Shown piece by piece: positions 12,188-24,100 of a stretch of 64,000 nucleotides of DNA (position 1 is the first letter of the stretch; every line of letters begins with the position of its first letter). The notes below the pieces were generated by a model, which was given only the letters and a program-made list of their open reading frames with translations, was not told the origin of the DNA and did not search any database. Origin of the DNA: Laetmonice hystrix (taxonomy: Eukaryota); NCBI GenBank assembly GCA_965235115.1, contig OZ249437.1, positions 14,198,001-14,262,000 on the forward strand, in the 5' to 3' direction. Made by a program: the position numbers and the translations under genes.

Positions 12188-15100
12188 TCATGCGGCCTCC
12201 TCAATGTCTGAGATCAGTGGTTCCTTCTCAAGGCTTGTTTTACGAACCTCAAGCTGGAATTCTGTGGTAGCTTTGGGTGCTGTAGCGCGGCGGGTTGGAG
12301 ATTTGGACTCCCGGAACTGGCGAGATTCAGTGTCCGGGATGAAGATAGCTACCATGAGAGCTAAGATTACCAAAATGGCACCAAATGCAAATGGAGGACC
12401 CGGCACGATTCTCTGCAAACATAGAAATGTCATTTTTAAACTCAGAAAATATCCAAGAGCTTTATGGCTTTATATAATGACAGATTATTGTGTTTGACGT
12501 TCACCAGGTCTTGTGAAAGCTTAGTTTTAGTTTATATGTCATTTTAGTCTGAAAACATCCTTCCCCGCATAAATCTGCCATTTCGTACCATCAGAGTTTT
12601 CAGCCTAATATCAAGATAAATATTTCTCACCTCATTAGGCTCTCTGAGTAAACCCACTGGATGGCGAGTGACATTACTGACGGTGACTGGTTCACCATCG
12701 CTGGGTGGGTCCAGGTTAACGTGGAACAGGTAGAAGATGAAACCGAAGAGTGCGGGACCAAGGCCATTACACAACCCCCGGATACCTGTAATAACTCCCT
12801 GGGCCACACCTGGGGGGCAACACAAACGTAATACCATTATGCAACAACGTATCCATGTGATCAATAACAATGACTCTTGAGAAATTTACTCCTTCTGAAA
12901 ATTCCCCTTACCTGATGCCCTGATGGATGGTAGAAAAAAACACATGGTTTTGCTGTCACAACATTGACAATGAAGGTCTTGCTGAAGCTTTAATATATAC
13001 GTCCTACTCACCTTGTTGGTCGGGTTCTGCGTGTGTCGATGCGAACGAGCTAATGGCCGGGTAGGTGATGCTTCCCATGGCTGCCACTGACCCTGCCAGC
13101 CACATGATCCTACAACACAAACACCAACATCATCACAATGGACCGGGGAGGTGATGCTACCTGTGGCTGCCACTGACCCTGCCAGCCACATGATCCTACA
13201 ACACAAACACCAACATCATCACAGTGGTCCGGGTAGGTGATGCTTCCCATGGCTGCCACTGACCCTGCCAGCCACATGATCCTACAACACAAACACCAAC
13301 ATCATCACAGTGGACCGGGGAGGTGATGCTACCTGTGGCTGCCACTGACCCTGCCAGCCACATGATCCTACAACACAAACACCAACATCATCACAGTGGA
13401 CCGGGGAGGTGATGCTTCCCATGGCTACCACTGACCCTGCCAGCCACATGATCCTACAACACAAACACCAACATCATCACAGTGGACCAGGGAGGTGATG
13501 CTTCCCATGGCTACCACTGACCCTGCCAGCCACATGATCCTACAACACAAACACCAACATCATCACAGTGGACCGGGGAGGTGATGCTACCTGTGGCTGC
13601 CACTGACCCTGCCAGCCACATGATCCTACAACACAAACACCAACATCATCACAGTGGTCCGGGTAGGTGATGCTTCCCATGGCTGCCACTGACCCTGCCA
13701 GCCACATGATCCTACAACACAAACACAAACGTCATCACAGTGGTCTGGGGAGGTGATGCTTCCCATGGCTGCCACTGACCCTGCCAGCCACATGATCCTA
13801 CAACACAAACACCAACATCATCACAGTGGACCGGGGAGGTGATGCTACCTGTGTAGAGCCAGTCAATTTCCGCGATCACGGAATCGCGGAATTTACTATT
13901 TGAAACGGAATTTCCAAGGTAAAACGGAAAATAACGGAAAACGTCTTTTTTACTACTAATTCCCCAGCCGACCGTATATATACAGTGTAGCTGGGACCTG
14001 GGTTGGCCTGGCTGGACCCTCTAGAGGAGTGGGATGTAGACCCAGTCAAATTCCGTGATCCTTGCCAGGAAATTCCGTTTTGAATTTTTAAAATTCCGTT
14101 TTTTTTCCGTTTCAGTATTTTCCCAGTATACAGGGTGTCCCAAAAAATGCACAACCATATCTGCACACCTGTCACATTTGCGAGTCCAGTCTGTTTGCTC
14201 TAAGAAGAGCTCGAACATATTCATGACCCTCCCATCCCACTCCTCTAGAGGGTCCAGCCAGGCCAACCCAGGTCCCAGCTACACTGTATATATACGGTCG
14301 GCTGGGGAATTAGTAGTAAAAAAGACGTTTTCCGTTATTTTCCGTTTTACCTTGGAAATTCCGTTTCAAATAGTAAATTCCGCGATTCCTTCCGCGATTC
14401 CGTGATCGCGGAAATTGACTGGCTCTAGGGATGGGAGGGTCATGAATATGTTCGAGCTCTTCTTAGAGCAAACAGACTGGACTCGCAAATGTGACAGGTG
14501 TGCAGATATGGTTGTGCATTTTTTGGGACACCCTGTATACTGGGAAAATACTGAAACGGAAAAAAAACGGAATTTTAAAAATTCAAAACGGAATTTCCTG
14601 GCAAGGATCACGGAATTTGACTGGGTCTACCTGTGGCTGCCACTGACCCTGCCAGCCACATGATCCTACAACACAAACACCAACATCATCACAGTGGTCC
14701 GGGGAGGTGATGCTACCTGTGGCTGCCACTGACCCTGCCAGCCACATGATCCTACAACACAAACACCAACATCATCACAGTGGACCAGGGAGGTGATGCT
14801 TCCCATGGCTACCACTGACCCTGCCAGCCACATGATCCTACAACACAAACACCAACATCATCACAGTGGACCGGGGAGGTGATGCTACCTGTGGCTGCCA
14901 CTGACCCTGCCAGCCACATGATCCTACAACACAAACACCAACATCATCACAGTGGTCCGGGGAGGTGATGCTACCTGTGGCTGCCACTGACCCTGCCAGC
15001 CACATGATCCTACAACACAAACACCAACATCATCACAGTGGACCGGGGAGGTGATGCTACCTGTGGCTGCCACTGACCCTGCCAGCCACATGATCCTACA

Positions 15101-18100
15101 ACACAAACACCAACATCATCACAGTGGTCCGGGGAGGTGATGCTACCTGTGGCTGCCACTGACCCTGCCAGCCACATGATCCTACAACACAAATGTTCAC
15201 CAACATCATCACAGTGGTCCGCAGAGGTGATGCTTCCCATGGCTGCCATTTACCTATGATCATTTGGTTAAATGTTGACATTACAGCAAATATTAATAGT
15301 GCACTTGTCTTTATAAATGTTTGAATATTTATTCGATTCTTAATAATATCTTTATTTGATATCATAGGGAATGTACACAACCTAGAAAGTTCAACCTACT
15401 ACCACCATGTTATATAGGTTGTATGCCCGACCACCTTGGGGCAAAGATCTCGGAAGATAGCGGAATCGTTCTTGGTCTAATTCAGGCCGGATAAATAGTC
15501 ACAAACGAAGGGGGGGGGGGCAGCAATTGAAGGATTTATTTATTACATCCCTTCAAAGTAAAACAAACAAATTCGAACTGAGCCACTCACCATGCTTGGG
15601 AGCCAAAGCCATACAGAGCGAGTTGTAACATCTCAAAGGCCAAGCCAACCATGATTGTATGTTTATTTCCCAGGTACTTCATTAATAAGGCTAAAATGGC
15701 AGTCTGCAAGAAAAAACGCAACATCCAAAACTTTATACTTTCTGTAACTGTTGTATAGTAAGATATGATACTACAGGTCGTAGTTACTACTTTTAAGATG
15801 ACAGTGAAATATTGTATGCAGTGTCTTAATAAATCAATGGAAGAAATTTGTTCCAATATTTAGGACCCATTCTGCTGGCTTAGGACCAGTAACTAAGATA
15901 CTCAATAATTCCACACACCTGGGCTAAAACTGACAAGACTCCTACAACAGCTATGAAGGATGCCACCTGCTCCCGTGAGAAGTGCATGACCTGAGAAGAG
16001 AATGGATCATTAGTTCACAGTCAAATGATGTTGTATGCACAATGTTATCTTTATACATCTATATGTCACCTTCAGCCGTATCTAAAATAGTGTAAGATCT
16101 GGTTTTGTGACTAAAGATGATTTCTTTTAATTGCAAAAACAGTGCTTAACAATTTTTGTAAAAGAAGATGTGTTAGAATAGATATTTTCTAAGACAGACA
16201 AACATACAGACAGACAGCTAGACAGACAGAGACAGATGCGAGGCAATGACGTATCACATACCAAAAAGTTGGGGTTTCACATAAACTTCTTAGCAGATTT
16301 TTGAAAGAAACACACTGTTATATTTTCTTTCTTTTTGCTGGCAATTGGACATCTGGACAACATTTACCAATGAGAGTGAACTTACTAGTCGGAGATAGAC
16401 GAAGAAGCAGGAGTACTCGCCAGCCTCCGGGAGGTAGGACAGAAACACGGAGACACACAGCATTAGGATCAACTGGTCTTGACCAATCTTCTTCAGGGCC
16501 TGTAAAGTCAAAGGTCAAGCAATCCTCACAATATAAGAAAAGTGAAATATTATACTTTACAAATCCTGTAATAGCACAGAAAAAACTCTTAGGGTTCACA
16601 CAACTCTTTAACCTAATGAGCAAGATTTCTTTAGATAATTATGATACGAAATTATTGTGTTGCCTGCCTCATCTGTGCTGATAAAAGTCTGCGCTGATCA
16701 CGACACAATCTAAAGACCAATGATCAGAAACCTGATTAGTGCCTGGTAGCTAGGCTTGCAATTTGTTGATACTTCGTGTATGTTTTTAACAGGCCTAGAC
16801 AGACTTTAAGAGCTATAGACAAGGCCTATACATGGCACCACCCTTGTGAAAAGACTTGCCCACTAGACGAAGCTGTACTCACCCCAAATGGATCTGCTTT
16901 CTCCCATGAGATCTGTGACCCCCAGGATGCAGGGCGAACCTTCTCAGGCAGAGACTCGGGCACAGCCACAAGAATAAATAGGATGTCAAGAAGTGCTACT
17001 GCCGCGGCCAGCGCAATCACCAAGTTCTCGCTGTACGTGTGCTCAAGGTATGCACCAATGGCAGGGCTTGTTACAAGACTGGCAGCAAACGTGGCAGACA
17101 CCTGGTAAAGGACCAGCAAACAACTCGGTTACAAAAGTAAACAATCACATCCACAAGAGTAGGAAATCTCAGAATTTCCAACGCCACTTATATTTGCAGG
17201 GCTACAGATATCAACGAGGTTCTGACTCAAGACAACCAAACTATGACCCCCTTTTGCTTTTCCTGGTAACATTCATTCAGGTATGAGGTGGGCCTCATTT
17301 AGTTCACTCACCAGTCCATAGGCGGCGCTGCGGTCTTCAGTGTTTGTGATATCTGCCACATATGCAAACACCACGCTGAACGTCACAGCAAAAATGCCAG
17401 AGATCGACAAAATTGTGAAGTACCACCTGAAAATAGAACAAATTTAGTCTTTTTCCTGAAATCCTAAATCTTACTTTTATTTTATCAGAGGTCAAGAATC
17501 TTAAAAATAAAGATGAATCTTGCACACTACTTTTATCCATGTCAAATGTAACAACTTGAGACCCATACCCTTTATGGCATAATCTATCTGGTATCATCAT
17601 ATCTATTCAAATTTATCACTGCTTGATCTGCAACTCACCATGGGCTAAACTTCATGAGAGGTATTGGGGCGCAGGTGAAGGTGACGGTAAGCAACATGAA
17701 TGGCTTGCGTCCCCACACATCTGACAGCGCCCCAATGAGGGGGGCGGCCATGAATGAAAGTAAACCCTGCAGAAAACAAATAACTCGGCATCCTTACCAG
17801 GAAACATCTGAGACAACTAAATAAATACCCCGGTACACTGTACGCTGTTCTCAAACAATTGCTCCCATTAAATATTACATAATGACACAGAATACAATCA
17901 CATTTGTGCTTCATTTATTATCAGGTGCACCCATTTTAAAATGATTTTATATCACATACACTGCAACAATGCTACATATAACCCCAGACCAAAGAAGGAC
18001 TATTATTAAATCAACAACTCTTGACTACCCACCTTGACTCCTTGAATGAGGCCATTCATAAGAAAGGTGTGGTCCGGGAAAGTCTCATTCAACACCTGCA

Positions 18101-21100
18101 ACCACAAAAAACAATGCTTAAAAAGCGGCTGGTTTAAAGTTATAGAATAATTTGAACAAATTTAGTATCGGCGTAGCATGTGAGAAATAAGTTAAATAGA
18201 GAGAGACAGCAAGGACCTAATCTAGAGGTCCTGAGGTTGAATGTTCCCTAGTGACATGCTCATTTCTGCCAGACAACTATGACACTGACAGGCCTGAGAA
18301 AGATTTCCAGGATATATATTGAAGGACAAAACCTCGTGGATTCTCACACCAACTGATCAATATTACAGAATATCTTCTTTTCTGTTGTACTACTAAGTTG
18401 TAGGTTGTCTACTCCAAACTATATGTTCCTTGTGTATCCTCAAATGTATCTTCAAAGATAAATACCGGGTACATAGGCTTTTTTGCCAATTTTTTAAAAG
18501 ACCTGCAATGATATCTGTGTCTCGCATAGTACTCGTAGAACGTTACCAGCTCATACAAAAATCAATATTAATCATACAATTTATTGCTTCCTTTTGTCTT
18601 TACGGCCCTTCCCAGCACATTTCCATTCACATGCATTTAATTATTGTCGACACAATGGCAATTAATGAATAAATCATCAACTTAATTAATGGAGGTCAAA
18701 GATTCCCTATTTCTCTGGACCGAATCTGCCGTCAGTTAGCAGAGACATGTAGAAAACTTAATATCTAGGCATGCTAACCTACAGCCTGTACTGATTATTT
18801 TGTTTTCCACCCATTTTTGGATTTTTCCATGACTTACAGAACAGTCTTAGAGAATAAGAACACCATATTTCGGCATACAGTCCCTGGGTGACCTCTGATT
18901 TATGAGGCTCAGAAATCATTAATAGTCGTCTGCACTATGCTGAATATAATGCCAAATTAAAACATTAAACTAAGCCGACACCGTGTTAAGATTTTGACGC
19001 CATCATAAAAACCAGACCTGTGCTTTCAAAGACGAGGTGTCTTTAGAATCTGGGTTTGGTTTTTAATAGAATTTCTTTTTGGTCATGTCAGTCAAGACTA
19101 ATACCTATAAAGAAGAACGCTACATCCTGCCTATATTGCCTACTCAACTTGTATAAATGATTTGAGCAATCTTTAACTCTTGAAGTCGGTACTCAGTAAT
19201 CTCGATTTGCATCTTTCTCATAAATTATTATAAGAAGCCAGATTTTTATAGTCCGGAGACATGGGAATAATCTTGTTTACCTTTAAGTACCCTAGAAACT
19301 CAGAAAATAAGCCTGGTTAACAGAAGAAGCCAAACACTTCAAGTTACCATGGTAACGAGAGACCGGCTGCACCAACAGGTTGGGGGCGGGGCAGCTAGTA
19401 TTGAAACCAAACGGTACCGAAGCAATTACCCCTTTACAGTGTCTCCCCCTGCCGATCAGTCTCCACATATTATTTACACTGGGGACTTGTTCCATCAACT
19501 TCACTACTGTCTACTATCAAGAATGTGCACAGTCCACTGCAATTTGAAACAGTGCGATTCTTTTGGCCATTGTGTGCATAAAGGCTGGATCCGCAATATT
19601 GCATTTCCTTTCTATCCACTTCTCATCTTCAAGTCGGTACTAGATCCTGTAAATTCTGAATAGTGAGGAAATTGTCTCATCTACGAGGGTGGTGAATGAG
19701 AGGGTAACGGTCTCAAGGTCAGTCAGTTGAGCAGGGTTATCTGTCGGCGCCTGCCATATACCAAAGATTGGGTGCATATCTCTTTGCAGACATCAGGACT
19801 GTTCGTGTCTAGCATCGATTTCTTGTTAGTCCCAGAAATATTATCATTTGGTTGAGGGTAAAAAATCAATGGAAAAGGTTCACAAAAATGTCCCTTCATC
19901 CAGATTTTTATGCGGCCAGTACTGGAGCTCAATGTTTATTATCAATTCTCTGATTCTATTGGTGAAGGACCTGGCTGGCGACTGGACCATCACCTGACAA
20001 CAGAAGTTTACTATCTGAAAACTGGCCAGTGCAGCCCTACAACCTGAACCAGGTAAAAAATATGAGGGCATCAATCGAGTATAGATGTTACGCCCATTTG
20101 CAAATGGGCAACCCATCTGTGAATTCATTTTTGGGTCAGGCCCGTTTGCCAATGGGTCAGATTGACAATCCATCTGTGAATCTGACCCATATATCAATCT
20201 TGATCTTTCTGAAATGGGCGATATAATTCATTATTGGGTCAGACCCGTTTGCCAATGGGTCAGATCTATGAATCTGTGAATGACACCGTTGCACTGATTG
20301 CATCCTTTGTTAATTGTAACAAGGAAGACCTAACTATAAATGTAATAATGAATGTCCACAGAGAAACAAAGCAGCGACTGCGGAGTATTTGCTCTGGCTT
20401 TTGCAAAGACCCTACTACTCGGACAAGACCCTTGTGAACAAAGTTACGTATACCCAAGGCAACATTTAACTAAACACCTGCCCAACGGCACTTTGCCACC
20501 TTTTCCATCACTAATTGTCGCACGATCGCTGCATGTACTCAAGCGTTGCTGTGCACATAACATGTGTGAACTTTCTCAGCGTGGTGGACAATTAACCAGT
20601 GTCTTAGTAGTCAATTAGACAATCAGTGTCTTATTAGAAAGTGTCTTATTGGACTTCATCCACCGGTTTTTCATTTTGAAAAAAAAGAGAGACTCTGAAC
20701 TTATAAGATTGTAAGAAAATGTACGTTGACCAATTTGAATGTTTAAATAAAAACAGAAAAACAATTTTCCATGCGCTTTAAGTGCTGTGAAAATGACTGG
20801 GAATAAAGAATTAATACAGACAGAAAACACTTTTCATATACTTTTAACACAGGAATACCGTGAAAATGAATGGGCAATAAAGGATAGATTACGTTTTGAA
20901 CTTGCAACTCATTTGTTCTGTATACCTCTTTTGCACTGTGGAGTCATTCATTATCGGGTCAGACCCATTTGTAAACGGGACACACTTTGCCACGTTTTGG
21001 CATTCACAGATGGGTTGCCCATTTGCAAATGGGCAACCCATCTATGAATTCATTATTGGGTCAGACCCATTTGCAAATGGGTCAGATTCCTAGATGGCGC

Positions 21101-24100
21101 GTAACATAGACACTCTCAAAGCCTCCAGAATTTAGTCATTTACAATTATATTGCGGGTGTGGCTGGTCCCCACTCTCTGTCACAGAAAGGAAACTACCTT
21201 TCAGGCAAATGAGAGTAGAAACCTACGGGAGATGGCCTGATAGGCTGATGGAAACGAATTAGGCCCCCTCCCCCCCCCCCAAAAAAAAAAAAACCCAAGA
21301 ACTTCAAAGCCTGATTCTCTGTGATGCCGTACTGTTTGTATCTGATATGTGATATTCACCTACTGGCAAGAATTAATTGATTGTTCCAGAAACACCTGTG
21401 TTGTAATTCTACCTGTACGCTGCTCTACTATCCAATTAGACACAACTTCCTCTGTACCTGTGTCAGAAACACCAGTGTTGTAATTCTATCTGTACACTGC
21501 TCTACCGTCCAATTAGACACAATCTCCTCTGAAAATGATGATGAATTTGACCCCGTTGTATTGTACTATTGGAAGGCAGCAATACAGAAACAGTTGATAA
21601 AGTCAGAGAATTACGTTATGCCGGTCACACACTATACGATTTTTTTATGGTACGATCGCATTCTGGAGCTTACAACCCACTTATGACTCACATTATGCTT
21701 GGAATCGTCTGATCATGAACCCTAGGCTGTACACATTTTAGGATTCTATCAAGATTTGTGATAAAAAGACACATATTTGCACATATTGTCCCACTTAAGA
21801 CGGAATGGGCTACATGTCGCATTCCTGTCACTCTCATGTCATGGCTTCAGGAGATGAGCACCCATCTCAAGTTAACATGACGGACACTCAAAGCGCAGTC
21901 TCACCGTTGTGCCCCTTCAAGGACGCGACCTTGGTGATTTCCAGATAATAGAACACCTAGCTGTAGAAGCCCTGTTAGTTCTTACATCAAGTGTACTGCA
22001 ATACGTGTGCCCCTCTCTCACCATTTGCTCATGTCACACGCCTGATCCATACTTCTTTTCTGATGCACTACTTACAAAGCAACCCCGTCCCCTTCCCTTT
22101 GACTTAGAACTTACGTACTTACGGAAGTACTTATGATCCTCATTCCTCAAGCAAAGAACAATCTTACATCATACACCTTCATTCCTGTCTTTTAAAGGTT
22201 TGGAAATTATACCAAATTTTAAAGATATATGCCATTTAAAGACATTTCATGCATGTCTTTTGTTTACAAATTATCTTAAAATTTCACCTTCCCAGATCTG
22301 TTGCAGCGATTTTGTGTGTGAAATTTTCACACAAAAATTACATCTCGTGTAAAATATGTAGGCCTACCTTTGTTAACAGAATTGACTTTGCACATGAATC
22401 CACTTCAGTACATGCATCCCTTCAACTTAGCGGATAAAAGAGTTTAAAACTGAGGGTGTCTCCAGCTCCTACCTTTATGATGGGCGATGTCAGGAGTCCC
22501 CAACTGAAGAACTCCAGAAAGATGACCACCAGGGCATGATAGACGCTTGGCTCATAGATTCCTGACGTCTGCAACCACACAAACATTCACAATCAGAGCT
22601 AATATTAGGAACACCGGCAGGTCTAGAAGAACTGGCAGGAAAGCAACTGGTACTCAGTAATTTTGTATTAATGCCAGCAATTCCAGGCACATGGTACATG
22701 TATATTATTTTAGGCAAACATTTTTTGAATCTTCAGTTTAAAAAAGATATGATCTGAATATTATATACCAGGGCCCGGGGGTTGTGACTGATTATTGTTA
22801 GAAAATATACTTCTGCTGAAATCCTTAAAATACACCATTTCAGAGAGAGCTCTATAAATAGATAAGAAAGTTCCAAATTCCAGTCAAGTGCTTGAACTGA
22901 AGTCGGGGTTCTTTTTGAGTGGGGTGGGGGGGTTGGTAATCACAGGAATATCCCTAACTCTGGAGCATCTTTAACCCTGCCTGGGAGTGACAGCTGCCCA
23001 TGAAACAAGAACCCAACCACCGACCCCTAATTACAGCTGAGGTCACCAGATGGAGCCACTGTAATCTGGTAGCGATAACAGCTGCACCTGTTCCCTCCCA
23101 TCCCCTCTCTAAAACCTTCTACTTCGACCACCATCTCACTCCGCCTAGACCTAGTGATCAATATATCTGTATCCCAGTCCAAGTATTACTACAACCTGCT
23201 TTCTGTTAGAAACACATTGATCAGTGCTCTACAAACTATCCTCAAAATCATTCCTTCATGGGCAAAATGATAGATTCATATTTGGCAGAAACAACAGCCT
23301 CAGGTCCTGAAAGCTCATTCTACTAGTTGAATATCAGGAACAATTCTCGTAAAGAAATACTGCAAAACACAAGTACCAGACCTGGAGGTAGTGTTACGGT
23401 GTAGGTCTCATCACATGGTTTGTAGTTTGGGTTATTTTGATGGGATTCAATTTTTGCTGGATTTCACAATTTTTATTATGGAGTTTATCTGTGTAAATTC
23501 TGTTTCACTCTGCCACATGGGACTGCAGGCCTGTAGTGTGGACCAGAATGATACATGCCGGACGGTTTGCCAAGATTAAGGTTCACCTCTAAGGTCACAC
23601 CTGTGAATCAACCCTCATAGATCCCTTGCAAGAAATCAATCAATTGTTGACAACTTAAGAAAAAGGACACCATACCCTGGGAAGGATGGCTGTATGAGAA
23701 CTGGGCCTAGCGGTTGGATGTGCGGCAGGTTTGGTGTAACATGGGCCGAGTGGTCAGGTTTGGGTCGAGCTGGGTATGAGATGGGCCCAGTGGTCAGGTT
23801 TGGTGTAACCTGGGCCCAGTGGTCAGGTTTGGGGTAACCTGGGCCCAGTGGTCAGGTTTGGGGCAGGTTTGGTGTAACCTGGGCCCAGTGGTCAGGTTTG
23901 GGGCAGGTTTGGTGTAACATGGGCCCAGTGGTCAGATTATACTAGTCCCCAACTTACGCTGGTTACGATAAATTTATAACTTATAACATGTCTGTGTTTC
24001 CATAGGGCCTGCCGTCCCAAAGAGTTAACATCACGTACAGTACTACAGTGAAATCAGTCTGTATGGAACGCATTCCATTTGGAATTTTGGACCACTGTAT

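Larger units (their letters stand above)
13056..15250. repeat. 86-bp minisatellite made from the MFSD14 intron 9/exon 10 junction (16 acceptor-containing copies including the real one), split by a nested MITE
   Basis: Minus-strand unit: gtgatgatgttggtgtttgtgttgtag|GATCATGTGGCTGGCAGGGTCAGTGGCAGCCATGGGAAGCATCACCTACCCGG + 6 nt. Acceptor positions ~13111, 13197, 13283, 13369, 13455, 13541, 13627, 13713, 13799, 14667, 14753, 14839, 14925, 15011, 15097, 15183. Confidence 0.97.

Noticed and set aside
13110-15380. Series of 60-94-aa ORFs (MCCRIMWLAGSV...) that could look like a tandem gene family
   Set aside because: They are translations of the 86-bp exon-junction repeat and end at the acceptor TAG; they are not independent genes.
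18215-18255. tRNA-like fragment (ctaatctagaggtcctgaggttgaatgttccc)
   Set aside because: No cloverleaf or intact A/B boxes; at most a decayed tRNA-derived SINE.
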